32,000 bases of DNA from Nitrososphaera viennensis EN76 (lineage in GTDB: Archaea; Thermoproteota; Nitrososphaeria; Nitrososphaerales; Nitrososphaeraceae). Below, one piece after another: positions 23,622 through 31,792 of the stretch. Numbering within the stretch: position 1 is the stretch's first letter; the number at the start of each line of letters is the position of its first letter. The notes under the pieces were generated by a model. The model saw only the letters and a program-made list of their open reading frames with translations. It made no database searches and was not told the DNA's origin. The DNA lies in the NCBI RefSeq assembly GCF_000698785.1, contig NZ_CP007536.1:2310001-2342000 (forward strand), read 5' to 3'. The position numbers and the translations under genes are program-made.

Positions 23622-23889
23622 TGGTAGTAGTGGTGGTAAAATCCAGCTCGACGCCGCTGTTGCCCGTCTTTTTCATGCTGTACATTTCGTTTGGCATGAT
23701 GGGAAGCGCCTCAACCGGCGTTTTGCCGCAGCCGGGGCACATGTCAATGCGGGCAGCCGGGCCAAGCCCCGAGGCGCACCAGAGGCACGAATTGCAGATG
23801 AGAAAATGGGCGCGCACGCGGGGCTTTTTTCGGGCAGACGGGCGTACAAAAGAAGAATAAGAAGCTGCTGGTCTTTCGATGGCCGCCAT
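23608..23889 (-). CDS. Candidate zinc-ribbon protein (93 aa)
   Basis: C-x2-C ... C-x2-C (ICNSCLWC ... MCPGCG) and GC-rich third codon positions. AT-rich box tttaattaa (23924-23932, minus strand) lies about 35 nt upstream of ATG 23889. Competing ORFs exist on the plus strand. Confidence 0.4.
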   Translation of the reverse strand: MAAIERPAASYSSFVRPSARKKPRVRAHFLICNSCLWCASGLGPAARIDMCPGCGKTPVEALPIMPNEMYSMKKTGNSGVELDFTTTTTTTLA

Positions 23890-23946
23890 ATAATGATGAT
23901 CATGACCTGACGCGCATGCCAAGTTAATTAAAGTCGATTAACAAAG

Positions 23947-24156
23947 TTAAGGCACCACACTTGCTGCGCGGATCTTCTGCTTGTGCTTCTGGCCGCGGGG
24001 CTTGGTGCGCAGCCTGTAGCCGCAGCAGGGGCAGACGTTTCCCTCGCACATTATGAACAGGTCGCATATCTGGCACCTTTTCTGGCCGCTGGCATACCTC
24101 CCGGAGCCAATAGTCGTGGTAGCCCTGTAGCTTTCACATCTCCCCCTGCACGACAT
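23947..24156 (-). CDS. Zinc-ribbon protein with a basic C-terminal tail (69 aa)
   Basis: MSCRGRCESY...KRCQICDLFIMCEGNVCPCCGYRLRTKPRGQKHKQK has multiple Cys pairs. The start is placed at ATG 24156 to clear the shared promoter; the track ORF starts at 24201. Confidence 0.6.
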   Translation of the reverse strand: MSCRGRCESYRATTTIGSGRYASGQKRCQICDLFIMCEGNVCPCCGYRLRTKPRGQKHKQKIRAASVVP

Positions 24157-24196
24157 CAAGCCGCATTTGGACGCCAAGGGGGATAATCCCTTACGT

Positions 24197-24207
24197 AACA
24201 ATGTTAA
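24197..24207. promoter_or_regulatory. Perfect palindrome TAACAATGTTA in the divergent zinc-ribbon/htrA promoter region
   Basis: Same AACA-n-TGTT core as the two copies at 23183-23217. It lies next to the AT-rich box gatattattt (24212-24221), which is about 31 nt from htrA ATG 24248. Confidence 0.4.
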
Positions 24208-24247
24208 GCAAGATATTATTTGCTACGTGCCTTATCCGGCCCGTACT

Positions 24248-25450
24248 ATGACCGCCACTGCTGTCAGGACTACCACCATGCTTGCCATACTGTTTGCAGG
24301 GATAATCATCGGAGGCGTCCTTGGCGCCGGGATAATGGCGTACGCGCCGTCGCTCTGGGCCAAGCCAGCAGAACCAAGCGCGGTTGCGCAGCAGCAGGAG
24401 ACAACAACTACTACTACGACTGCTGTCGTGCCTGCCGCCGAGCGTGACCTTGTCTCGCTATTCAAGGAGGTGGAAGGCTCGGTGGTGCAGATAACAAGCA
24501 CCATCTCCACGGTGAACAACAACATCATAATAAACGGCAACCCGCTGACAAGCGAGTCGACCCGGCTTGGCTCCGGCTTTGTCTACGACGCGCAGGGGCT
24601 CATCGTCACCAACAACCACGTGGTAGACGGCGCCAGCACAGTCGACGTGACTTTTACAAGCGGCAATACCTATTCCGCAAAGGTGCTTGGGAGGGACGCG
24701 TACAGCGACCTTGCGGTGCTCAAGATAACCGACGAATTTACGGAGAAGCTGGAGCCGCTAAAGATAGGCAACTCGACCGACCTGCAGGTGGGCGACCAGG
24801 TGGTCGCCATAGGAAACCCGTTTGGTCTCAGCAACACCATGACCACCGGGATAGTGAGCCAGCTTGGCCGGCTCATACCAAACGAGGACAACGACTTTTC
24901 GATACCAGATGTCATCCAGACGGACGCGGCGATAAACCCCGGCAACTCTGGCGGGCCCCTCCTTGACATGCAGGGCGAGGTCATCGGCGTCAACTCGGCC
25001 ATACAGTCAAACACCGGGAGCTTTTCCGGGATCGGCTTTGCAATCTCCTCAAGCGCGGTGCAGCGCATAGTGCCTGCCCTCATAAAGGACGGCAAGTACG
25101 ACCACCCGTGGCTTGGCATAACCGGCGCAAACCTCATCCCTGACATTGTAGAAAAGCTTGGCCTGCCCAAGAACTCCAAGGGGGTGCTCGTGACCGAAGT
25201 CACGGCGGGCGGGCCGGCGCAAAAGGCCGGCATACAGGGCACCGCGTTTGACAGGCTGGGCAACAACATCAGGAGGGCCGGCGACATCGTGACTGCGGTT
25301 GACGGCCATGAAGTAAAGCGCATGGAAGACATCATAGCATACCTCGAGCAGCACACGCGCCCCGGCGACGTGGTGACGCTTGACCTGAACAGGGCGGGCC
25401 AGCACGTGCAGGCGCACGTGCATATCGAGGCAAGGCCGGGACCCGGTTGA
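24248..25450 (+). CDS. htrA: HtrA/DegP-family serine protease with a C-terminal PDZ domain, N-terminal membrane anchor
   Basis: Catalytic triad contexts TNNHVV, DLAVLK and GNSGGPLL. PDZ-like GVLVTEVTAGGPAQKAGIQ. TM helix MLAILFAGIIIGGVLGAGIMAY. Confidence 0.9.
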   Translation: MTATAVRTTTMLAILFAGIIIGGVLGAGIMAYAPSLWAKPAEPSAVAQQQETTTTTTTAVVPAAERDLVSLFKEVEGSVVQITSTISTVNNNIIINGNPLTSESTRLGSGFVYDAQGLIVTNNHVVDGASTVDVTFTSGNTYSAKVLGRDAYSDLAVLKITDEFTEKLEPLKIGNSTDLQVGDQVVAIGNPFGLSNTMTTGIVSQLGRLIPNEDNDFSIPDVIQTDAAINPGNSGGPLLDMQGEVIGVNSAIQSNTGSFSGIGFAISSSAVQRIVPALIKDGKYDHPWLGITGANLIPDIVEKLGLPKNSKGVLVTEVTAGGPAQKAGIQGTAFDRLGNNIRRAGDIVTAVDGHEVKRMEDIIAYLEQHTRPGDVVTLDLNRAGQHVQAHVHIEARPGPG

Positions 25451-25492
25451 CAGGCTACAATATTATATACCGCCGGGTGCTAAAGCGCCGCG

Positions 25493-26146
25493 ATGCTAGG
25501 GGACCGCAACCTGCGCGGAATGATAGAAAAGGCGCTTGACCGCCTCAACGACGACCTGAACATCAAGGTCGACAAGAAAAACCCTGACAGGATACACGCG
25601 CTTGAAGCGGCGCTTTGCACGCGGTTTTCCTACTATGAGCGCAAGGATCCCCTCTCGGAGGACAACGCGTCCAAGGTCTCGATACTCTTGAGCCACGGCA
25701 TCCGAAACGCCCTGAGCAACATCAAAGGCGAATACAAGGTCGACAGCCTGACCCTTGACGTGAACGCCGACATGGTGATAGGCGACGAGTTTGTCGTGCG
25801 CTTTGAGATAGTGCCCGAGCTCCCAGCGATGCCGCATCCCCGGCACCTGCTGTACCTGAACGCGTGCCTGTTTGCGCTTGGCAAGGACGAGGGCATTCTA
25901 ATATACATGACCGCGGACGGCAGGACGACAGAATATTCCGTCACAAAGAACAACCGCATGTTCGAGGAAATCGTGCGCAGGGCGCGCGTGCTGAGCACGC
26001 TCCTGAAGGACGGCAAGGTCCCGATAGTCGAGCCGTCCGACCTGTGCCTAAAGTGCAAGTACTACTCGCGCTGCTATTCGCGCGAAAAGGCCAAGGAGAC
26101 CACCGACATGCTGCAGGAAATATTTGGCAAGCTGTCGCCAAAATAA
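25493..26146 (+). CDS. Cas4-like / PD-(D/E)XK nuclease-fold protein with a four-Cys (Fe-S type) arrangement; orphan, with no CRISPR or cas neighbours
   Basis: One N-terminal Cys in a C-x-R-x2-Y context (ALCTRFSYY) plus a C-terminal C-x2-C-x5-C (DLCLKCKYYSRC). Middle segment IGDEFVVRFEIV...HLLYLNACLFAL...GILIYM is colinear with Cas4/DUF83. TATA-like aatattatata lies about 29 nt upstream of the ATG. Confidence 0.65.
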   Translation: MLGDRNLRGMIEKALDRLNDDLNIKVDKKNPDRIHALEAALCTRFSYYERKDPLSEDNASKVSILLSHGIRNALSNIKGEYKVDSLTLDVNADMVIGDEFVVRFEIVPELPAMPHPRHLLYLNACLFALGKDEGILIYMTADGRTTEYSVTKNNRMFEEIVRRARVLSTLLKDGKVPIVEPSDLCLKCKYYSRCYSREKAKETTDMLQEIFGKLSPK

Positions 26147-26181
26147 GTGAGTAAAGAAAGAAAGTAAAAAGAGAGGTGGTG
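26147..26181 (-). terminator. C/T-rich tract (minus strand) downstream of the small TM gene
   Basis: The minus strand reads caccacctctctttttactttctttctttactcac, 13 nt after the stop at 26194. Confidence 0.35.
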
Positions 26182-26193
26182 TTGCTATTGTTA

Positions 26194-26418
26194 TTATTCC
26201 CCGTGACTGGCGCTGCTGCTTCCGTGGGCGTCGACTGCCGCTGACTTGTACCCCTGACTGTATCTCCTCGCCCTTGCCGCAAAGACTATGCCTACTAGGA
26301 ATGCGAACACTCCTGTTGTCACGCCGAAAATGAACATTTCTTCAGCCATGCCGTATGCGTTTTGCCCAAAGCTTTTATCCTTATCGGTATTGCTTCCCGC
26401 GCTGCAAGATATTATCAT
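26194..26418 (-). CDS. Small single-TM protein
   Basis: TM helix MFIFGVTTGVFAFLVGIVFAA followed by RARRY. Start is either ATG 26418 (7 nt after the upstream stop) or ATG 26349. Confidence 0.4.
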   Translation of the reverse strand: MIISCSAGSNTDKDKSFGQNAYGMAEEMFIFGVTTGVFAFLVGIVFAARARRYSQGYKSAAVDAHGSSSASHGE

Positions 26419-26424
26419 AAAAAT

Positions 26425-26979
26425 TTACGGGAATGTCAGGCTGAACTCCCTGTCTTCCGCAGTGGTCTGCAGGTTTGCGGCCGTGAGCCTGTACGAGTAG
26501 GTCCCGTCCACCAGAAAGCTGGCGTTGCCGGAGACCATCTTGTCCCATGCGTCCGCAAGCGCGCTGTTGCGCTCGGCTATCTGGGTGTTCTTTGCAGTCA
26601 GTGTCGACCCTGCCACTATGGGGAACAGGTTGCCCTGCGAGTCAAGGAAGCCCTGCGCGCTCTGCCCCACGTCGCCGATTGTCATGCGCACGCCGTCCAC
26701 GTTGACGTTGTAGTGTATCGTCTCAAGTATCATGGTGGTGGTGTTGGGGTTTTCCACCGTGAACGTGACCTGCACGTTGGCATGGGTGTCGTCGGCCTTT
26801 GTCACCGAGACGTCCTTTACGCCGATGACTGGCGGCACCATGGTCGGGGCGCCTGCCGTGGAGTTCGTGCCAGGGCTGGTGCTCGGCGCGGGTAGTGGGT
26901 TTGCGCCAAGCACAAAGAATATTACTACAGCCGCGATGGCAATGCCTCCGCCGGCAGCATAGATCGCCTTTGTGTTCAA
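26425..26979 (-). CDS. Membrane-anchored LEA_2/WHy-like (LEA14-type) beta-sandwich protein
   Basis: TTG start. TM anchor (GGGIAIAAVVIFFVLGA) and a Pro/Thr/Ser linker. The domain starts VKDVSVTKADDTHANVQVTFTVENPNTTTMILETIHYNVNVDG, which matches the LEA_2 pattern. Confidence 0.6.
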   Translation of the reverse strand: MNTKAIYAAGGGIAIAAVVIFFVLGANPLPAPSTSPGTNSTAGAPTMVPPVIGVKDVSVTKADDTHANVQVTFTVENPNTTTMILETIHYNVNVDGVRMTIGDVGQSAQGFLDSQGNLFPIVAGSTLTAKNTQIAERNSALADAWDKMVSGNASFLVDGTYSYRLTAANLQTTAEDREFSLTFP

Positions 26980-27065
26980 AACTATATGTTAGCTGCCGCC
27001 TGCCCGTGTTTAAATCTGTCGCTTGTCCTGCACAATGCTTATACTTGCGAAAGAGTGCACCGGCT

Positions 27066-27389
27066 ATGTTGCAGTACCACAAGGCCGCCCACCTTGGCAA
27101 GCAGCGCGCGCAAAAGGCGCAGATGAAGCTGTTCGACTATACCGGCTTTGCAATGCTGACGTACACGATAAAGCAGTCCGGCGAGGGCTCTTTTGAGCCC
27201 GTGGGGGAGGAGGAGCTTGCCGCCAAGATGACGAGGGGCGAAGAGGCGATGCTGTTTATCTGCGACAAGGACGGCTACGCCAAGGCGCAGTCAAAGCCGA
27301 TGCCGCTTGCGCAGGGCGAAGAGGCGTTCAAAAAGATGGTCGCAGACGGCATACCCGAGTTTTCAGGCGAGATAAAGACGGTCTCTTAG
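27066..27389 (+). CDS. Hypothetical protein, translationally adjacent to the RcnA-like transporter
   Basis: 107 aa from ATG 27066; the upstream Arg/Cys-rich part of the track ORF is rejected. The stop lies 3 nt before the transporter ATG. Confidence 0.55.
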   Translation: MLQYHKAAHLGKQRAQKAQMKLFDYTGFAMLTYTIKQSGEGSFEPVGEEELAAKMTRGEEAMLFICDKDGYAKAQSKPMPLAQGEEAFKKMVADGIPEFSGEIKTVS

Positions 27390-27392
27390 GCG

Positions 27393-28217
27393 ATGGACGA
27401 CAGGCAGCCAGCCTCTGCGATTAATGCGCCGGTCAAGATAGATATAGATTTACATTGCTTGTGTGCTACAACCGGCCCTGTGGCGCAGCCAGAAACAACA
27501 GTAGTAGTGTTGATGGGCGTAATCGCCTTTGGACTGCTGCACGGGATCAACCCGTCCCATGGATGGACGGTGGCGGTCCTGTACTCGATCAGGAGCAGAC
27601 GGCCTCTGCTCAGCAGCCTTGCCAGCTCTGGAATCATCGCTGGCGCGCATTTCCTCTCCTCGATAGCCGTTGTGATTGCCTTCCTCCTTGTGACTATGTT
27701 CGTGCAAATACCCCATGATTACGTGAACTATGCCGCTGCAATAGCGCTTGGCGTCCTGGCGTACATGTTCTGGAAAGAAAAATCCGAGGATCTGGCTGAA
27801 ACACAGCATGGGCACCTGCACGGATCATCATCCTCCTCCTCTTTATCATCGAAGCAAGTCGAGCATGAGCATGCGCACTGGCACAAAGGAACCGGATACC
27901 ATTCGCACATACATATTCACCAGAAAAGGGTGTCGCCTTCGCTGGCGGCCATAGCGGGCCTGGCACTGGTGCTTGGCTTTGCGCATGAAGAGGAATTTGT
28001 TATCCTCTCGCTGGCTGTTGGCGGCGTCAATCCGGTCCTGCTGATGATCGCCTATGCCTCCTCGGTGGCAGCCGCATTGATCGGCGTGACAGTGCTTGCC
28101 GTCAAAGTCTACACGCGTGTCCAGAACAAAGTCCTGCAATACACAAAGTATCTGCCCAAGGCCAGCGCACTGATATTGTCTGTCATGGCTGCCGGTTTTG
28201 CGTTAGGACTGTTGTGA
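27393..28217 (+). CDS. RcnA/NicO-family metal (Ni/Co-type) transporter with a His-rich cytoplasmic loop
   Basis: GLLHGINPSHGWT matches the (A)LHG-x-x-PGH-x signature of RcnA-type proteins. Central loop HGHLHGSSSSSSLSSKQVEHEHAHWHKGTGYHSHIHIH. About 6 TM helices, 274 aa. Confidence 0.78.
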   Translation: MDDRQPASAINAPVKIDIDLHCLCATTGPVAQPETTVVVLMGVIAFGLLHGINPSHGWTVAVLYSIRSRRPLLSSLASSGIIAGAHFLSSIAVVIAFLLVTMFVQIPHDYVNYAAAIALGVLAYMFWKEKSEDLAETQHGHLHGSSSSSSLSSKQVEHEHAHWHKGTGYHSHIHIHQKRVSPSLAAIAGLALVLGFAHEEEFVILSLAVGGVNPVLLMIAYASSVAAALIGVTVLAVKVYTRVQNKVLQYTKYLPKASALILSVMAAGFALGLL

Positions 28218-28354
28218 AAAGTAGGCAAGTATGTCAAGGATGTCTGAACGCGTACCTTTTTCGCTGCTGCAAGACAGCCCAAGCACGGCGAGTTGGTAAC
28301 CGCACCGTACAAAGCGACAATGGGCCAACGGCTGACAGTGTGCGCGCCCTCTTC

Positions 28355-29050
28355 TTAAACAGAAACTATCCTTGTGCCAGCGGCCCTGTTCTTGAGTATG
28401 ACGTCTTTGATCACCGCCGGCTCTGACTTGATCACGACGGTCGGTATCTTGGACCGCTCGATGACCTTTAGCGCGACGATGTCCATCAGGTCATAGCCTC
28501 CTGCCATCGAGCTCTCCCCGGCAAGCAGGTCGCGGCATTGCTTTGTCGTTATCTCGGAATAGCGCCTTGCATCCTTGTTCTTGCGCGGGTCGGAATCGTA
28601 TATGCCGTCGACGTCGGTCGCGTTGACAAAGCGCGCCGCGCCCACCTTTTCGGCAATGAGGGCAGAAGTGGCGTTGGTGCTCTGCCCCGGGTGCAGGCCG
28701 CCTGCGACGACTATTTTGCCGCTTGCAGCCGCCTCCGTGACCTGCTCAAGGTCCTCCGGGACGGCCGGGTGCGCCTTTTCGCCGAGCGCCGCGATGAGCA
28801 ACTTGGCATTGAGCCTTGACACCTCGATGCCCATGATGTCCAGGCTTGCCTCGTCAAGCCCAAAGCCCCTTGCGATGCTGATGTAATGCCGGGCGACCTT
28901 GCCCCCGCCTGCCACCACCACCGGCTGCACCTTTGCAGAAAGGCTTGCAAGCATGGACGCGTATTTCTTTATCTCGCTTCCGTCCTCGCCGCTGAACACC
29001 TTGCCGCTCAGCTTGATGACGACGCGGCTTTTACCTGTTACTACCACCAT
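28355..29050 (-). CDS. pyrH: UMP kinase (archaeal type)
   Basis: MVVVTGKSRVVIKLSGKVF (the K-x-S-G motif), VVAGGG, VVAGGLHPGQSTNATSAL and VDGIYDSDP. ATG 29050 is preferred over the track start 29161. Confidence 0.9.
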   Translation of the reverse strand: MVVVTGKSRVVIKLSGKVFSGEDGSEIKKYASMLASLSAKVQPVVVAGGGKVARHYISIARGFGLDEASLDIMGIEVSRLNAKLLIAALGEKAHPAVPEDLEQVTEAAASGKIVVAGGLHPGQSTNATSALIAEKVGAARFVNATDVDGIYDSDPRKNKDARRYSEITTKQCRDLLAGESSMAGGYDLMDIVALKVIERSKIPTVVIKSEPAVIKDVILKNRAAGTRIVSV

Positions 29051-30332
29051 GCAGTCTCCCCGCTCCCATTTCCATTGTCTCCTGATCTCCAAGCACCTTT
29101 TTAACAGATCGCTCGACCTTCTGCCTGCTCTCGGCGGTGGTATAGATGCGCAGCATGTCAAAAAAGCCGGCGATAGAATCTACAAGCGGTATCTCTGACA
29201 CCGGCACCTCGCGCACGCCCTTTTTGTCCGTGACAAGCACCGAGAACATCTCGCTCTTGCTTGGAGTAAGCGGCATCGACGACGCCCTTGACGCATCGGC
29301 AAACACATGGCTCCTGTCCACGCCGGCCGCCTGCGCGATCTCGACTTCGAGCGTCGACAGCGCCTTTCTGTCCATGCGCTTGTGCCTGTCGCGCTTGTGC
29401 AGGAGCTTTTCGTACACGCATTTCAAGAGGCGCCGGTCGCGGTAGTCCCGGGCAAGCCTTGCGGCCATGCCGCTATTATTATTGTCCAGCGCGCACAGCC
29501 GCTCCAGCGTCGCCTCGTCGGTGATCGAGAGGTAGTTTCCAAGCGACGTGTCGGTGAGGCCGAGCTCCTCATCCGCGTTTATCATGGAATGCAGGAGCAT
29601 CACCTCCGCGGACCTGACCGTCTTGTGAAAGTAGACAGCTTTGAACATCTCGTACCTCGATATGAGCATCGACTCAAGCGAGTTGAGCGCCGACCTGTTG
29701 ATGGCAAGCCTGCCAGAAGCGACCTCGTATGAGCTTATCAGCCTGTAATAGTCTATCTTGCCGTACTCGGCGCCGGTGAAATACGAGTCGCGGGGGAGGT
29801 AGTCCATGATGTCTGCGGAAAGCCCGCCGGAGATTATCTCGTTGAGGAAATGCACCCTCGACTGGCCAAACGACAGCCGCGATATGTGGTCTGCACTGTA
29901 GCCGTTCTTGCCAAGCGCGTCTGCTATCTCGCTTTTTGTTATTATGCGCCTGCCCATCTCCTCGTGGCTCGTGCCGGACCTCGTCTCAAGCACTTCCTCA
30001 AAGAGGTGCGAAAAAGGGCCGTGGCCGATGTCGTGCAAGAGCGCGGCAAGCCGCAGCTCCTCGACCACCTCGGCGTTGTCGATGTAGCCCTTGCCAAGCA
30101 GGCTCTCGCATGCAAGGCCGGCGATGTGCATCGCGCCAAGCGAGTGCTCAAAGCGCGAGTGCTGGGCGCTCGGATACACGAGGTGCGCGCCGGCAAGCTG
30201 GCGTATGCGCCGGAGGCGCTGGAATGCCGCGCTGTCGATGACGTCTTTTTCCGCCTGCGAAAACCGGATGTAGCGGTGTATCGGGTCCGTGATCTCGCCT
30301 GCAAAATCCAAGGTACGTACTACGAGATGCAC
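29031..30332 (-). CDS. HD-domain phosphohydrolase, SAMHD1/dNTP triphosphohydrolase-like (COG1078-type)
   Basis: RFEHSLGAMHIAG and AALLHDIGHGPFSH are the HD and adjacent motifs, followed by DYLPRDSYFTG. 433 aa. The 3' end overlaps the pyrH start by 20 nt. Confidence 0.88.
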   Translation of the reverse strand: MHLVVRTLDFAGEITDPIHRYIRFSQAEKDVIDSAAFQRLRRIRQLAGAHLVYPSAQHSRFEHSLGAMHIAGLACESLLGKGYIDNAEVVEELRLAALLHDIGHGPFSHLFEEVLETRSGTSHEEMGRRIITKSEIADALGKNGYSADHISRLSFGQSRVHFLNEIISGGLSADIMDYLPRDSYFTGAEYGKIDYYRLISSYEVASGRLAINRSALNSLESMLISRYEMFKAVYFHKTVRSAEVMLLHSMINADEELGLTDTSLGNYLSITDEATLERLCALDNNNSGMAARLARDYRDRRLLKCVYEKLLHKRDRHKRMDRKALSTLEVEIAQAAGVDRSHVFADASRASSMPLTPSKSEMFSVLVTDKKGVREVPVSEIPLVDSIAGFFDMLRIYTTAESRQKVERSVKKVLGDQETMEMGAGRLHGGSNR

Positions 30333-30348
30333 ACCGAAGGGGAGCGAC

Positions 30349-30948
30349 TTAAACTTTCAGTGCCTTTCTTACTACTTTCAGTATTTCCTGGTGGACCTGC
30401 TCCCTACCCTTTGAGCCGTCCAGGACCTTCCACTTGAACTGCCTTGCAAACTTTTGGTAGTTCTTGTACGCGGCTGCCGCAAGCTTGGCGTCGCCCTCAA
30501 ACGCGTCGAGCACCTCTGCGCGGTTCTTTGACACGCTCGGGTTAACGAGCAGGATGAGAACCATGTCCTCCTTTGGCAGGCCCTTGTCAAGCTTTTGCAG
30601 CCACCCTGCGTCCATGCCGTTAGAGACGCCATATACCAAATTTGACTGCCAGTAGCGGTTCATGATGACTATGGTGCCGTTTTCCACCATGCTCTCTATC
30701 TCCTTCTTTTTCTCCCACCTGTTTGCAGAAAAGAGCAGGTGCTTGACCTCTGCAGGGTAATCGCGTTTTCCGTCGAGAAACGCTCGGATCTCCGTGCCTA
30801 TCGGCGTCGTATAGTCTGGAAAGTCGACTACCACGCATATCTTGCCGAGGGCCTTGATGGCTTCCTGCAGCATGCGAGACTGGGTAGTCTTGCCGGCCTT
30901 GTCCGTACCCTCTATAACAATTATCTTGCCCCTTGTTGCCACCGCCAC
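30349..30948 (-). CDS. tmk: Thymidylate (dTMP) kinase
   Basis: P-loop IVIEGTDKAGKTTQ, the DRY-like NRYWQSN and a lid region. GTG start (30948 or 30942). Confidence 0.9.
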   Translation of the reverse strand: MAVATRGKIIVIEGTDKAGKTTQSRMLQEAIKALGKICVVVDFPDYTTPIGTEIRAFLDGKRDYPAEVKHLLFSANRWEKKKEIESMVENGTIVIMNRYWQSNLVYGVSNGMDAGWLQKLDKGLPKEDMVLILLVNPSVSKNRAEVLDAFEGDAKLAAAAYKNYQKFARQFKWKVLDGSKGREQVHQEILKVVRKALKV

Positions 30949-31102
30949 AGGTCAAGGCAGGCGCCAATAAAAAGATGTTGAATAATTCCAGAGAAAGTGG
31001 GTTTGTGAGATTTGCATCTTCGATTTGCCCAGAATTTTAAACCAAAAAACCAACAAATTAAAATATTATCCACCTTGTTAACAGGTGAGCACGGGTTAGC
31101 GC

Positions 31103-31780
31103 TTGAAAGACGGAAAATCCAACATCGCAATATTTGACACGTTCAAGACCCGCCGGAACAAGTTCACCGGCGAGGCCAAGAGGCAGCGGGGCATAATCGC
31201 GCACCTTGCCACCGAGCAGAGCCCGGAGCTGCGCACCCGCACGTCTATTGCGCATGCAATAGCGGAGCAGCACGGGATACTGTGGCAGAACATCTATTCT
31301 GGCATATTCCGCGACCTCGACGAGGTCCTAATCCCCGCCGGCGTGGTGAAGGAGGGAGGCAGGCTGCCGCTCCGCCGCGGGCCAAAGGCGCTCCAGCTTG
31401 AAGGCGTGCCTTTTTACGAGCTTACGGACACGGGGCTTCTCGTGGCGTCTTCGATAGAGGAGCTTGGCGACAAGCGCATGGGGCTTTTAAAGTCGTACGT
31501 GTCGTCGCTTCCCGCAAACGACGCGCCATGCAAGGCCATGAAGGACGGCCTGCTGCTCTTGATAGAGCGTGCCCCGTCGTTTGTGACAAAGGTCATCAAC
31601 GAGTACATCTACGCCTACAGCACGGGCCTGATAAGCAGCATAGCGCCTCTTGAGACGAAGAAGCTGCGCTCCGTCATTGCAAAAGAGATTGCCGTGGAAA
31701 AAGAGCTCGTCGAGGCGTTTTCCGTGTTCTCGGGCGAGCAGAAGGACCTTGCGCGCAACTTTTTCAAGGTAATGACTTGA
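31103..31780 (+). CDS. Hypothetical protein with an N-terminal winged-helix-like segment
   Basis: TTG start with GGTGA 16-20 nt upstream and the AT-rich box aaattaaaatattat upstream. The segment IIAHLATE..RTRTSIAHAIAEQHGILWQNIYSGIFRDLDEVLIPAGVVKEGG resembles a wHTH. Confidence 0.55.
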   Translation: MKDGKSNIAIFDTFKTRRNKFTGEAKRQRGIIAHLATEQSPELRTRTSIAHAIAEQHGILWQNIYSGIFRDLDEVLIPAGVVKEGGRLPLRRGPKALQLEGVPFYELTDTGLLVASSIEELGDKRMGLLKSYVSSLPANDAPCKAMKDGLLLLIERAPSFVTKVINEYIYAYSTGLISSIAPLETKKLRSVIAKEIAVEKELVEAFSVFSGEQKDLARNFFKVMT

Positions 31781-31792
31781 AGAAAAGGGAAC

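Noticed and set aside
23893-23912. C/D-box-like atgatga ... ctga
   Set aside because: Only 7 nt separate the boxes, no second C'/D pair or terminal stem exists, and it overlaps the 5' region of a candidate zinc-ribbon ORF.
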